From Trypanosoma brucei (Eukaryota), in NCBI GenBank assembly GCA_000002445.1, contig CH464491.1, positions 2,432,001 through 2,496,000 of the forward strand: 64,000 nucleotides of DNA. Reading direction: 5' to 3'. Below, piece by piece: positions 1-11,240 of the stretch (positions within the stretch are counted from its first letter, which is position 1; every line of letters begins with the position of its first letter). The notes beneath the pieces were generated by a model, which saw only the letters and a list, made by a program, of their open reading frames with translations, ran no database searches and had not been told where the DNA came from. The position numbers and the translations under genes were made by a program.

Positions 1-1
1 T

Positions 2-3000
2 GTGGGCAGTAAAGCGGTGAAAAAGGAGGAGTACCGTAAGAAAAAGGCGGGTATCGAACTCCAACCTAACCGTGGTAGCAATACAAAGGCCTTTCAGGGA
101 CCTACAGCCAGTAGCCGAAAGGGACAGCAGTTGCTGAGAAGTCTTGAGAAGCGGGAAACAGCATTACATGTTCCCGTAGTGGACAAGACCCTGCGGCACG
201 TCGTAGCAGAACCACCGCTGCTCGTTGCTGTTGTTGGTCCACCAGGTGTGGGGAAGTCAACGCTCATTCGCTCCATGGTGAAGTTCTACAGCAACCGTAA
301 CGTTCAGGTGGTACGGGGGCTCATTACTGTTGTTGCTGGGCGTAGCCGCCGTGTGACGTTTCTTGAGTGCCCCAATACATTGACGGCGATGTGCGACGTA
401 GCAAAAGTTGCTGATCTGATTTTATTGATGGTCGATGGTAGTTTTGGGTTTGAAATGGAAACATTTGAATTTTTGAACATCGCGCAAGTGCACGGTTTTC
501 CTCGTATGTTCGGAATCGTCTCGCACCTTGACCAATTGAAGACAGGGAAAGCTCTACGAAAAAAAAAGAGATTTTTACGACACCGCTTTTGGCATGAGGT
601 GGCTGCAGGGGCCAAGGTGCTTTGTCTGGCGCCGATGGTACGTGGGATGTACCGTTCAACTGATGTACTGAAGCTGCACCGCCTGCTCATATGTGTAGAG
701 CCGAAGATACAAAATTGGCGTAATACGCACAGTTGTGTAGTGGTTGACCGCTACGAAGACATCACAGCTCCGCAAAACGTTGTCGACAATGAGAAGTGCA
801 ATCGTACCATTGCGTTCTATGGCTACGCGCGGGGAAGGCCAATGAAGGTGGAGCAGCTTGTTCACATCCCAGGACTCGGCGATTTCCCCATCATGCATTT
901 GTCCCATCAGGACGATCCCTGTGCATTTGACGAAAAAAACGCCAGGGGCGAGAGTAAATCACAGGGGCACAAGATGCGCCACCTCGGTATGAAGCAAAAA
1001 AGAATATATGCTCCCTACTGTGATGTCAGTGGTGTTGTGTACGATGACGATGCAATTTACATTCAAGAGGATGCGGAGAAGTCCACAATTGAGCGTTCGG
1101 GTGAGGGTCTACGACTAATACGGGACCTCCAGCGCGTGAAACCGATCGATGCAGCCGCCACTGCACTTGAAGTGGTGCGCCGGCCAGTTGTTTTTCGTGG
1201 TGAGGATACTATGGAACTGGACATGGGGGATGTGAAGGGGTCGAATACTTCGGTTAGTGATGATGGAGAGGAAAAGGCAACTGAAAGCAGTGACGACAGC
1301 GACTGGGATAGCGGTGAGATGGCTAGCTCCGCAGCAGCAGTGAAGAAGGACTTGTTACTCTACGGTCCCGGTGGTGGTGATGACGGGCTTCGTGTCAACA
1401 ATCCTAGTGCTGATGATGCAGCGGGGCTGGCGCCCCGGGGGCGTGGAGCACCCGATTCCGTTCGTGAGAACACTATCCGTAACGACTGGTCTAACACCGA
1501 TTTGCTTCGCCGTTTGAAAAACCTCTTCGTGACGGGAAATTGGGATTCACCAAATGACGATGTCGGTGATGCTGCCAGTAGCGGTGCTGAGACTGAAGGC
1601 AGTAAAGGATATGAGAGCGAGGATGAGGAGTTTGATGCCATTATCCGTGGTGAAGCGCCACTTGACTCCACCAATGTGAAGGATGAGCATGAAGAGAACG
1701 TTGACGATGAGGGCAATGCCGAAACCGACGAAGAGGAGTGGGACGGTGATGGAGAAACCACCGACTGGGGTGCCTTTCGGCCGCGGGACGCACTCGCAAA
1801 CGTCGGTCATACGTCCAAGGGGACCGTGCCTCACATGAGGAATTTCAGGGCTGCCGAAGCATATGGCAGTATAACCGGAGGAAGGAAAGGTGCAGACAAT
1901 GACGATATGACTGATGGCAGCTGCTACGACATTCTTGCCGAAGAGGGCGATGATGCTGTGGTTGATAGTGCTGCTTTGTCGGACCCCGAATTAGATGGAC
2001 TTGTTGCGACATTCTTAGCACCTCATGATGCATCTGCCAAAAGGGCAGAAACATCATCTGCCGCTCTTCGTGACGACGATGATAGTGCCATCCAATTTTA
2101 TGACCCCAACCACTTTTCTAAGAAGAACGACACTGCTGACGACCACAACGACGAGATGGAGGAAACGACCGCGATAGTAGGTGGAAAGCCTCTGACGGAG
2201 GAGCAAGAACGGTTGCTTCAGAAAAGAATGGCAAAGAAGAAGGCCTTCAACGAGTTATACGACATGGGTGGAAAGAATAATACGTACTCGCACTACCACG
2301 AGATGACACGCGAAGTCGAAGCAAAGAAGGAGCGACTGGACACGGCGTTGCAGGAAGTGGGGCATGATATCACGAATAAAATAAAACTTGTTGGCCACTT
2401 TAGCGGGCTGTATGTACGCTTTGTGCTGGAAAATGTCCCTGTTGAGTTTGTGCAGCTTTTTGACCCCTCAGTCCCCATTATTGCCGGGGGTGTAAATGCT
2501 GGAGAGGACCAGTTTCAAGTTGTACACGCAAAGTTAAAGCGCCACCGCTGGTTTCCAAAGATACTCAAAGCACAGGATCCGCTTTTGCTCTCTATGGGGT
2601 GGCGTCGCTTTCAGACACAACCTATACTGGCCACTGAGGATCCTAACGGCCGCATGCGGTACCTCAAGTACACTCCAATGCACATGCACTGTGCCGCTGC
2701 ATTTTATGCCCCAGTGGCACCTGCGAACACTGGCTTCGTTGCAATCCCCGTGCGTGAGCAGCGCTCGCCGAACTTCCGCATTTCTTGCACAGGCTACACT
2801 GTTGGGAATGACCTCGCCTCGAACATTGTAAAGAAGTTAAAGTTGATCGGCACACCACAAAAGATCATGAAAACCACTGCATTTATCAAGGGTATGTTCA
2901 ACAGCGACTTGGAGGCTGCGAAATACGTTGGGGCAAAGCTGAAAACTGTCGCCGGCATACGTGGTATTGTCAAGACAGTTTTGAAGGGAAAGAATGGCCT

Positions 3001-3601
3001 CATCCGTGCAACCTTTGAGGACAAAATCTTCCCCTCCGATATCGTCTTCTGCCGAGCATGGAAAATGGTTGAGCCGCCTAAATATTGCTCAATCCAGCGC
3101 AACCTCGTGGACGCGGAATGGGTGGGGATGCGACCCATGCGGGAGTTGCGTTGGGCGCACGGTGTGCCGTTGGAATCCAAGAGCGACTCCGAATATCGTG
3201 AAATTAGGCGTCGTAACCGGGCGACTGTAGATGACGATGATGGAAAGGGCAAGACCCCTGATGTGCTCCTCTCGCGCAACCAAAGGCTGAAGTTACCTTT
3301 CAGTTTGAAGGAAGAATATATACCCCTGAAACGCAGCACCGCACTTCAGGAGCAAATTGCTGGTGCAACAACAGTTGCACCAGAGCCACGGGATATGCGC
3401 CGAACAGCGCTGCTAGACATATTAAACGAAAAAACAGAAGCGATGTGGAGGAAAAAAGTTGAGGCGAAGAAGCGAGTCCGTGAACGTCACTTGCGTGAGT
3501 CAAAGGCTGAGGAGGAAGAATACCAACGGCGACTCAAGAAGGCAAAGAAGGAAACGGCACGCCTTCGTGAGTTTCGGTCACAGCACAAGTCACGGAAGTA
3601 A
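2..3601 (+). CDS. BMS1: Ribosome biogenesis GTPase BMS1 (5'-partial: ORF is open to the window edge and the track start is a GTG; a few N-terminal codons lie upstream)
   Basis: P-loop 'AVVGPPGVGKSTLIRS' followed by the 'FLECP...DLILLMVDGSFGFEMETFEFLN' G-domain block. The C-terminal block 'YVRFVLENVPVEFV...KLKRHRWFPKILKAQDPLLLSMGWRRFQT' aligns almost residue-for-residue with the yeast Bms1 AARP2CN/DUF663 region. The middle is acidic/Ser-rich as in all Bms1 proteins. Long uninterrupted ORF (1199 aa). Confidence 0.85.
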   Translation: MGSKAVKKEEYRKKKAGIELQPNRGSNTKAFQGPTASSRKGQQLLRSLEKRETALHVPVVDKTLRHVVAEPPLLVAVVGPPGVGKSTLIRSMVKFYSNRNVQVVRGLITVVAGRSRRVTFLECPNTLTAMCDVAKVADLILLMVDGSFGFEMETFEFLNIAQVHGFPRMFGIVSHLDQLKTGKALRKKKRFLRHRFWHEVAAGAKVLCLAPMVRGMYRSTDVLKLHRLLICVEPKIQNWRNTHSCVVVDRYEDITAPQNVVDNEKCNRTIAFYGYARGRPMKVEQLVHIPGLGDFPIMHLSHQDDPCAFDEKNARGESKSQGHKMRHLGMKQKRIYAPYCDVSGVVYDDDAIYIQEDAEKSTIERSGEGLRLIRDLQRVKPIDAAATALEVVRRPVVFRGEDTMELDMGDVKGSNTSVSDDGEEKATESSDDSDWDSGEMASSAAAVKKDLLLYGPGGGDDGLRVNNPSADDAAGLAPRGRGAPDSVRENTIRNDWSNTDLLRRLKNLFVTGNWDSPNDDVGDAASSGAETEGSKGYESEDEEFDAIIRGEAPLDSTNVKDEHEENVDDEGNAETDEEEWDGDGETTDWGAFRPRDALANVGHTSKGTVPHMRNFRAAEAYGSITGGRKGADNDDMTDGSCYDILAEEGDDAVVDSAALSDPELDGLVATFLAPHDASAKRAETSSAALRDDDDSAIQFYDPNHFSKKNDTADDHNDEMEETTAIVGGKPLTEEQERLLQKRMAKKKAFNELYDMGGKNNTYSHYHEMTREVEAKKERLDTALQEVGHDITNKIKLVGHFSGLYVRFVLENVPVEFVQLFDPSVPIIAGGVNAGEDQFQVVHAKLKRHRWFPKILKAQDPLLLSMGWRRFQTQPILATEDPNGRMRYLKYTPMHMHCAAAFYAPVAPANTGFVAIPVREQRSPNFRISCTGYTVGNDLASNIVKKLKLIGTPQKIMKTTAFIKGMFNSDLEAAKYVGAKLKTVAGIRGIVKTVLKGKNGLIRATFEDKIFPSDIVFCRAWKMVEPPKYCSIQRNLVDAEWVGMRPMRELRWAHGVPLESKSDSEYREIRRRNRATVDDDDGKGKTPDVLLSRNQRLKLPFSLKEEYIPLKRSTALQEQIAGATTVAPEPRDMRRTALLDILNEKTEAMWRKKVEAKKRVRERHLRESKAEEEEYQRRLKKAKKETARLREFRSQHKSRK

Positions 3602-4837
3602 TGGTGGTGGACCACAAGTATGTATAAATATTTGTGTGCCTCACATGCGTATGTGTGCATGTTACTGCATAATAATATGATGGCGATGGTGTAACACACC
3701 CTGCAGATTCGTATTAAATGAGCGGGATTTGTTGCGATCAAGTATGGGTGCCATGACAGGGTGTAATAGATGATAGAAGGAACAGAGGAGACGGAGGTTC
3801 GCATAGCGAGTTGAGGAGCACCGATAGACGACTGCAAGAAAAGAAAGAAAGCGTTTTCTTTTTAATGTGGGGGAAGCGATGACGGCGGCTTTGTGTGAAA
3901 GTATCGGAGAACTACACGTCGGCGATTAGCTGATGTTCTTCAATTCCATTACATTGGGAATTTGTTGCCCGAGTCTTCGTTTGTGGTTGTTGCTGGCGCT
4001 CTTCTTGGGCTCCTTTTCATCCGTTCTCTCTTGATTGTACCATCTCTTTGTAACCCTGAGCCTTGGGGTGTAACAGTTTCCTTCTAACCGTTTAAACTGA
4101 GTTTCGAGTGGTTGAGTTTGAAGCAAGAAGAAATTAAAGAGACTAAAAAGAACACGTAATTTATCTATTTTAAAAAAACAATAAAAAAATAAGCAGTCGG
4201 TACCAATTTGCAGCGGCGGAGCAATGAGGTCTAAATCTCGAGCAATGCTTGACATTAGTGTGGTGCTCAGGTAGACTTGCGAAGTTAAGCGTACGGCTAC
4301 TGTGTTTCTTCCTTTGCCCCTAACCATTTCTTCCCCCCCCCGCCAGCTGACTAGGAAGTTACTAGCACACCAACCTAAATTAAGATCGGGATGGCCATCT
4401 TTCCCTGCACGGGTACAGTCGACGAGCTTTGATCAACCGAGAATCCAAAAGTTACTCATTGGTGGAGCTACCCGTACACACCTTCAGAAAGTTGTGGAAA
4501 ACAGTAAGGGGAGGAAATGATATTACGTTGCGATCAGTTCTCTCCCCTAATATATTCGGTTTTGTTTGGCTGGGGCGTTGGTGCTAATATTCACTATCAT
4601 TGTAAAAAAAACTGATGCTAGGGGTCTTATCAATCTGCACTTTTAAGTCATGTTTCTGGGGTGTCAGTTGAAAGCACCGGCAACAGGTTCGCGGAAGTCT
4701 ATCTCCTCAAATACACCTCCGCCAAAGCACGTATTCAGTATATTTTCCGTATTTCTGGAAAGTTGATGTGTGTGCGTGCATTGATCCTCAAGGTTGTAAC
4801 AACCGAGTGCTGGTTTGCTTCACCAACTTGTTGGCCC

Positions 4838-4872
4838 ATTTTCCCCGTCCTTTCATTTGTCTTTCTACATGC
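4838..4872 (+). promoter_or_regulatory. Polypyrimidine tract; candidate trans-splicing (spliced-leader acceptor) signal for the downstream methyltransferase gene
   Basis: Reads 'cattttccccgtcctttcatttgtctttctacatg' and is followed by AG dinucleotides ~80 nt upstream of ATG 4954. The kinetoplastid processing model is established knowledge. The acceptor AG is not mapped. Confidence 0.4.
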
Positions 4873-4953
4873 GCACCTCGGCGGCGTGTCTTAGAGACCC
4901 GAGCTTCTGCAGCGAAGGAAACTGGTGGAGTTTTTGAGGTCCCGTTTTCCACC

Positions 4954-6228
4954 ATGTTGCTACCTTGCACACCGCATCCGCCGGTGTCGCTGCTATTATT
5001 TCTTCAATCGGCCCCGCCTCGAAAGACTTTCGATGCTTTCATTGAAGACTGCAAGCTTTGTGGGATGTCGTGGTGCTCGCCTGCTGCGCAACAGCTCTGT
5101 GTTGCTCTGATTATCCGCAACCCACTGGTCAAGAAGTATCCACCGCGGCCGTCGAACATATATGCTTTCTTGAAACATTTCATCTTTGAGCTCGAGCAGA
5201 TCCATAGTGGTACGGCGGGTGCTGAGGATCCTGACGGAGAGGATCCCATCCATCAAGATTTAATGGAAGCATATATTGAGTACATGGAGCTTTCCGGGCG
5301 CAGTGATCAAAAGTCATTTTGCTATCGGACGTATTTCGACCCGAACGCTAGCGAGAAGTATGTTTCTGTCCGTTTGGCTGTTGGGCAATTCACCAATGTG
5401 GGACTGGCACTCTGGCCATCTGCCTTTGTACTTGTTCAACTTTTGGCGCGGGAGTTGTCGGAGCCGTCCCCAAGTGTGGTACCGTTTCCACTGGAAGGAG
5501 AACTCCGACTACTGGAATTGGGGGCCGGTGTCGGACTGCTGCCACTTTTGCTGAAGCGGCAGCGTGCGTATGAGGATAGGGTTTGTTGTTGCATACTCAC
5601 GGAGTATCAGCAGGAGCTTGTCGACAACATAACATTCAACTTGGCATTACAAGATATAGTGGTGGCGGAGGCTGTAACCTCCGATACCCCTAATAGTGGA
5701 GGACCACTTCACGCGGTGGCACTACTCGATTGGAGAGAACATGAACAAAACCAGGTTAAGCTTCGAAATTGGGGGTGCAACCTCATTCTAGCTGCTGACT
5801 GTGTATATGATGTGTCACTGATTCAACCTTTTGTTAGGACCTTGCACGATGCCCTAAGTGCTACAAATGGTTGCGGTGGCGCTGTTGTCGTGCAGACACA
5901 TCGGCAAAGGGAAACAATTCAACGTTTATTTGCGGTCCTGGAAGAAGCCGGGTTAAGTGTTTGTTCTTACCGTCTGGCGTGCGGGGTACCGTCCGCTGGG
6001 CGGTCGCACGACATCACTCTCACATTTCCACGTTCTGTGTCGGTGCACACTGGGGATGGTAGTGTATGTTGTTTTGCGCTCGAGCGGGACGAAGTGAGCC
6101 CGTCTGGAATCTTTAAAGGGCTCGAGGGTATTGAAAACAGCGTTGTGAGCGGTTGGATTGGGCCCTTTTTTACTTCGATGGAGGCCGTGGTGGGCGTCCA
6201 TGTGATTCGACTGAGGTCGATTTGTTAG
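4954..6228 (+). CDS. Class I SAM-dependent protein-lysine methyltransferase, FAM86/EEF2KMT (METTL21 superfamily)-like
   Basis: Block order matches human EEF2KMT: 'VGLALWPSAFVLVQLLAREL' (like GLVTWDAALYLAEWA), motif I 'LELGAGVGLLP', 'VALLDWRE', and post-II 'LILAADCVYDVSLIQPFVRTLHDAL' (like VVIAADVLYCPEAIVSLV). The track ORF runs from 4768, but 4838-4872 is a polypyrimidine tract, so the first ATG after it (4954, 'MLLPCTPHPP') is preferred. Confidence 0.7.
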   Translation: MLLPCTPHPPVSLLLFLQSAPPRKTFDAFIEDCKLCGMSWCSPAAQQLCVALIIRNPLVKKYPPRPSNIYAFLKHFIFELEQIHSGTAGAEDPDGEDPIHQDLMEAYIEYMELSGRSDQKSFCYRTYFDPNASEKYVSVRLAVGQFTNVGLALWPSAFVLVQLLARELSEPSPSVVPFPLEGELRLLELGAGVGLLPLLLKRQRAYEDRVCCCILTEYQQELVDNITFNLALQDIVVAEAVTSDTPNSGGPLHAVALLDWREHEQNQVKLRNWGCNLILAADCVYDVSLIQPFVRTLHDALSATNGCGGAVVVQTHRQRETIQRLFAVLEEAGLSVCSYRLACGVPSAGRSHDITLTFPRSVSVHTGDGSVCCFALERDEVSPSGIFKGLEGIENSVVSGWIGPFFTSMEAVVGVHVIRLRSIC

Positions 6229-6890
6229 ATGAACAGGGGATAATACTTCTCATCCCACAGGTCAAGTACCGTTGCGCTTCGTATACTGTGTGCGCGTGGG
6301 GAACAGCGCGGCGTGACAGAACACAACTCCAGTAACTCCCTATTGTTTTCCGGCACTCCACCCTCTGAGCGGTGCAATCACTCATGAGCAGCACATTCTG
6401 TCATTATTTGTCTATTTTTTGTACTCGTGTTGTACCTGCTAACAACATCTACATTATTCCACTTAACTTCTTTTCTCTTCGGTATTGTTGCGGTTGTCGT
6501 TTCCATCAGCTGCGCATACACAAGTGTTCGCTTGGAGGAGCATTTGTTACTTCTACCGAATCTAGCAGGTGAGGTGCAGCTCTTGCAGTTTGATTGAAGG
6601 CTTTGTTGACTACGACATAGTTGTACAAAGGAAAAATACAGAAATCGGGCAGACGTGAAAGCTGAGCCCCAAGCTTTCGTTGTCAATACCTACCGACTCG
6701 TCTAGGCCCTGTAAGTTAACCGTGTAACTGAAGATTGACTGTCCGAGACAGTGCGGTGGTAATCGGGAGGCACAACAGCCCCGCGGGGAGGAAGCAAGTG
6801 ACTAAGGTTGCCATCATTTGTGTAGTGGCCCTCCGGCCTGCACTGCTTGTTGTGAAAAAAAACAAGAGGGACAAATAGCAAGAACAGTCA

Positions 6891-7751
6891 ATGGTCTTTT
6901 CAATTCCCTCATATCTTTGCCTTGGCGATCGTCCCAAGAAGGTGGTAGATGAACGGTTGCATGGTGTAAACTTTTTGACGTCACGTCCCAAAACAGGTCA
7001 CTACCCCGATGCATTGTTCGATAAGGAATTCCGTTACGTGTACAATGGGGACCGGTACCCCGATCCTGAAACGATGGCACGTCGAGAGCAGATGGAAAAT
7101 CGTAAGCGATACATAACGGCTACCGGTTTCATAAGTGTTTTTCGCCCAAAGAAGGGCGAAGGACTTGGCTCTAACTACGGCCTACTCCAACAAGAACCCT
7201 ACATACACATGCCCGATCACCCGCAGACCCGCGGACCGCAACCCTTCCCGAAGGTTAAACCGCGGCAGATATACACATCACCCAGTAAGGCTGGGAGTTA
7301 TGGAACTCCGGGGCTAGCGATAACTGACATTGGCAATGAATACATTGCTACCATATACGATCAAGAGCGCATTAATGCGAAGAAGGAACGAGATGTGTGG
7401 CGGCAACGCATGCCCCCCGTTCCCTTTAAACCGGTGGGGCGACGGGGTTACACATTCGACGAGGGGCCAGCTACTGGCGTGTCTATGTGCTACATAATGA
7501 CATGTCCATTCAGGGAAAAACGTGTGCAGCCGGTGATGAAGCACTTCATCATTGACAAAATGTGGCTTCCGGCTGGTTACATACCAGACCGGCCACCACC
7601 AGTAGAGTACTGGGAGGATCCTTACAATGGATTTGATCCCCGTGTGGACCCCAAGTCACGCCTGAAGAAATCAGAAGATTCAATATTTAGAACAGGTTTC
7701 CGCGGAGACAACTTTTTCTACACTCGGAGTATCGTGTTTAGGCGCCTGTGA
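6891..7751 (+). CDS. Conserved hypothetical protein (G/P/Y/F-rich, charged). Composition is reminiscent of the DUF4586/CFAP96 (C4orf47) flagellar family, which is a weak guess.
   Basis: 286-aa ORF in the sense orientation of the polycistron, with non-repetitive, protein-like composition. Motifs 'YGTPGLAITDIGNEY', 'FDEGPATG' and 'DPYNGFDPRVDP' recall the Y/G/P-rich DUF4586 repeats. The family assignment is from memory only. Confidence 0.5.
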   Translation: MVFSIPSYLCLGDRPKKVVDERLHGVNFLTSRPKTGHYPDALFDKEFRYVYNGDRYPDPETMARREQMENRKRYITATGFISVFRPKKGEGLGSNYGLLQQEPYIHMPDHPQTRGPQPFPKVKPRQIYTSPSKAGSYGTPGLAITDIGNEYIATIYDQERINAKKERDVWRQRMPPVPFKPVGRRGYTFDEGPATGVSMCYIMTCPFREKRVQPVMKHFIIDKMWLPAGYIPDRPPPVEYWEDPYNGFDPRVDPKSRLKKSEDSIFRTGFRGDNFFYTRSIVFRRL

Positions 7752-7910
7752 TGGTGTGCTCTGGTTTCGAAGGGAAAAAGAAGGTGTTTCAAATGATGAC
7801 AAACAATAGCGAAACAACAAGGGGGTGAGCGCGATGCTTGATGATAATGATGATGATGTGTGAGCTAGAATGAACAAGAAGAAAAAAATAACGTGTCATT
7901 AGCTCGCATC

Positions 7911-7940
7911 TATATATATATGTATGTACATACATGCATT
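7911..7940. repeat. Imperfect (TA)n/(TG/TACA) microsatellite in the intergenic region
   Basis: Reads 'tatatatatatgtatgtacatacatgcat', located between the 6891 gene and the kinesin. Confidence 0.8.
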
Positions 7941-8982
7941 AGAGTGAAATTGAAGTAAGGAGGATGTGGCAGGTGGGAAAGCAATGGATAGTTTATTGCT
8001 TATTATTTAGAACATACCAGCTGCTGGAGAGATTCACGTTGGCTACACACCGTTGTTACAGGTGCTGCCTTCCACTCTATATAGGCCCCGTTTGTCAGCG
8101 ACCCAGAGGAGTTTCTCGATTACACTTCTGTAGGGGCCAGGTTAGACACATTTGGTGCATTGGCACAACGGAGGGTCCGGTTATGCATCCAATTGGACGA
8201 TGCGGGGCGAAGGGGTTTGGAGCAAACATGTGTGAAATGAGCAGGAGAGGGCGGATTTTTTGCTTACTAGTTTCTGGAAAGCACAACTGATATTTCCTGA
8301 CTTGGCTCAGAAAATTTTCCCCTTGCCATCGGGACTGCAACACCAATTTTGAGGCGTCCCTCTTCACGTTCCTCTCCCCCCTCCTTGCGTTTTGCGTCTT
8401 AATGTAGCCACGCATTGTCCTGAGACTCCCCACCACGCGTGAAGTTAACGGTTTATCACATGTATGCAAGAGTTTTTATACATTTGTATGGATCTGTTGG
8501 TGGGCATCCACTGAACGATTGTTGCCCCATCAGGCCACCCTTGCCGTCGTGTTTTGTTTGGCTGCGGAGTGCGTGCCGCGACTAGATAACTTTGTCGAGT
8601 TCATTTCTTGCTTTTGTCCTTACTTTTTTGGTTTCACCACATTTTTACATTCGCGGACGCTTTTAGTCGCAACTAAGAAGACGTGGCGACAGACACGAAC
8701 CTAAGGAACACAAGGGGTTGACAGAAAAAGAGTTCTAGATTTGAGCACCGTATTTTCGTATCGGGACGGGAAGTTTATATCAGCACCAGGTGTTTGGGAA
8801 AGAACCCTCTTCTTTTAAAGAAAGAAAACAAGATACACTTGCGCTGACTTCACGAACACAGATAAAGAGGTACACAGCGTGGAAGCAAAAAAAAAAATAA
8901 ATAGATTTTGTACTTTTAACGTCCTTGCTCTTATAAACATTTCCGGAGAAGAGGGGTGAGGTGGAGGCGGTTGAGTCGAGGT

Positions 8983-10992
8983 ATGCAAAGATTGGCAGGG
9001 AAGCGGCAAAGGCAACATGAAGCAAGCGACCTTGTCCCCAAAAGTGCTGAACCCGCCAGAAGTAAAAATTCCAGGAACACTGCTTCTGAACCGGGCTCGG
9101 GTTCCCTCCGGCACAACTCCATAGGAGGGGGAGATATGATGTGGAAACGGAAAACAAAGGAACTTCGGGAGCAGATTGTTCAATTAGCCGCACTGTATGC
9201 AACGAAGGAACGTGAGACCGAAGAAGTCCAAGACGCCATAGAGGAAATGGTTGTCTCACACGAGGCGGAGTTAGCGGGTGTTGTAGCGGGTGACGAATCC
9301 CATAGGCGGCGGCACGTCGATGCACTCGTTCACTTGCGGGCCCGTGAGGACGGCTGCCATTCTGAAAGGCAGCGTGCCTTGGACGAAACGGTGGTATTGC
9401 AGCAGCAGCGTACAGAACTGGAGCGAGCGCATGACCGCCTTCGGGAAGATATCGTTATTCAATCTGATGCGTTAGAGCAGCTTCAAAGGGAAATTGAAGA
9501 ACAATCAGAAGAACTGTTAGAGGAACAGAGAAAACTAGATGCGATAGTGGAGCACCACAACCTCATGAGGGATGCTACCTACGGGTTTTCCGGGGAGGTC
9601 CAGGAAATAATGAGGGAACTGGAGCGCATCAAGGTTGACAAGGAAAGGGTTGAAAGAGCCGGAAAGCAGACGGAAATATTACGGCGTCAGCTGTATTCAC
9701 AATGTGAAGAGATGAAGGGAACGATCCGCGTGTACTGCCGCGTTAAGGGTGGCTTGAACTCGGAGTCGGTTGCAGCGGGTCCGGTTCCTGATGTGCGTAG
9801 TGGGAGCAGCAACCCTTGCGGTGATCCTGATTTATGCCTCTCTGAGACCCCTCGCGAAGACTCTGTTTCCTCGCGGAGCACGATGCAAACAACCGTGAGC
9901 GCCAACCCAGCATGTATTTATGCTTCAAAGGAAATAGGGCAGATCAGAAGGGATGCTCCGGTGGGACGATTTATTTTCCCGGACGGTGATGCGACTGAGA
10001 AACGGTCGATTTGTGTGTTGCTTTCACGTAACAACGCCACCTCAACGGGAAGGCAAGAGTCGAAGGAAACATTTACTTTCGACCGTGTCTTCGACGGCAC
10101 CGCTAGCCAAGAGGCTGTTTACGCTGATGTCGAGCCCCTCGTAAACTGCGCCGTTGATGGCTACCGGGTTTGCGTTTTCGCTTACGGCCAGACGGGCTCC
10201 GGCAAAACCTATTCCATGCAGGGTGACCAACACGACGGGCAGCGCTGCGGCATAACACCCAGGGCACTACGGACAGTGTTCAAGCGGCGGGAAGAGTTAG
10301 AGGCTGATGGGTGGAAGTACCAACTTAGCTGCTATTTTGTGGAAATATACAACGAGGTTATCAGAGATTTGCTGCAAGAAGCTTCCCTGTACGAGCCCGG
10401 TGGGGCCGCGGCTTCCCAGCCAAATTATCACATCATCAAGCAAAGTAACGAAACTGGTTCAACAAGCATAAGCGGTGTTACAGAGAAGCGTATCAACTCA
10501 TTTGAGGACTTTCGGCGTTTGTATGACATCGCGATGAAGAACCGTAGCACGGCGAAGACGATGATAAACGACAGATCGTCCCGTTCCCACTGTATTTTCG
10601 TGCTGCGTATTATGGGCGAACACGCTGGTATACGTCAACGCAGTGAGGGGTCACTTTGCATGGTGGATTTGGCCGGGAGCGAGCGAGTACATGAGTCTGG
10701 TGTGCAAGGGAAACAGTTCAAGGAAGCAGTGAACATCAACCGCAGTTTGCTCGACCTCGGAAAGTGCATCAGTGCTCTTAACAAATCTGGAAGTGTGGCT
10801 CCATGGCGTAACTGCAAGTTGACATATTTACTGCAAAACTACCTGGGCGCAAAGGGTGGGAAGATGCTAATGCTCGTCACTGTGTCCGATCAGGAGGAGC
10901 ACTTGACAGAAAGTATCAATTCCCTTCGCTTCGCCAAACGCGTTAATCAGACGGCCATTGGCCCCTCAACGAAGCGTGTCGGTAACTTCTAA
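8983..10992 (+). CDS. Kinesin-14 family motor protein (C-terminal motor domain, N-terminal coiled coil)
   Basis: Motor motifs in the C-terminal third: P-loop 'AYGQTGSGKTYSMQG' (~10187-10210), switch I 'NDRSSRSHCIFVL', switch II 'VDLAGSER' (~10666-10683), and 'NINRSLLDLGKCISAL'. The long E/R/Q-rich heptad region (aa 60-250) is a predicted coiled coil. The motor lies at the C-terminus, which indicates kinesin-14/KIFC. The track start at 8956 is a GTG, and the first in-frame ATG is 8983. Confidence 0.85.
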   Translation: MQRLAGKRQRQHEASDLVPKSAEPARSKNSRNTASEPGSGSLRHNSIGGGDMMWKRKTKELREQIVQLAALYATKERETEEVQDAIEEMVVSHEAELAGVVAGDESHRRRHVDALVHLRAREDGCHSERQRALDETVVLQQQRTELERAHDRLREDIVIQSDALEQLQREIEEQSEELLEEQRKLDAIVEHHNLMRDATYGFSGEVQEIMRELERIKVDKERVERAGKQTEILRRQLYSQCEEMKGTIRVYCRVKGGLNSESVAAGPVPDVRSGSSNPCGDPDLCLSETPREDSVSSRSTMQTTVSANPACIYASKEIGQIRRDAPVGRFIFPDGDATEKRSICVLLSRNNATSTGRQESKETFTFDRVFDGTASQEAVYADVEPLVNCAVDGYRVCVFAYGQTGSGKTYSMQGDQHDGQRCGITPRALRTVFKRREELEADGWKYQLSCYFVEIYNEVIRDLLQEASLYEPGGAAASQPNYHIIKQSNETGSTSISGVTEKRINSFEDFRRLYDIAMKNRSTAKTMINDRSSRSHCIFVLRIMGEHAGIRQRSEGSLCMVDLAGSERVHESGVQGKQFKEAVNINRSLLDLGKCISALNKSGSVAPWRNCKLTYLLQNYLGAKGGKMLMLVTVSDQEEHLTESINSLRFAKRVNQTAIGPSTKRVGNF

Positions 10993-11200
10993 AGAGATGC
11001 TGTGAAAGTTCTTCTTCTTCTTTGCCTCTCGTAGCCACTAGACTCACTGTCTCCTACATATTTCTTGTTACTGACCATGTTTGTGTTGAAACTATCGGCG
11101 CGCCTCTGCCCGTTTCCACGGAAAGGCGTGCTGCTCCAGACAGGGAGGATCAGTGAGGCAGCGGGTGCATCTGGTTGTGTCTCACCTCGATGTGCGAGGA

Positions 11201-11202
<2 letters not shown>

Positions 11203-11236
<34 letters not shown>

Positions 11237-11240
11237 CGTA
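11203..11240. repeat. (TA)11-12 followed by a (TG)n microsatellite
   Basis: Reads 'cgtatatatatatatatatatatatatgtatgtgtgtgcgtatg', in the kinesin/RING-SNF2 intergenic region. Confidence 0.9.

Noticed and set aside
2794-3339. 181-aa minus-strand ORF inside BMS1
   Set aside because: It is antisense to the strongly conserved BMS1 C-terminal domain and is a shadow ORF.
7790-7880. Box-C-like 'aatgatgac' / 'tgatgataatgatgatgatg' strings in the intergenic region after the 6891 gene, considered as a possible C/D snoRNA
   Set aside because: No properly spaced downstream box D (CUGA) or terminal stem was found. The 'gatgat' strings are a short trinucleotide repeat. A snoRNA call cannot be made by eye.
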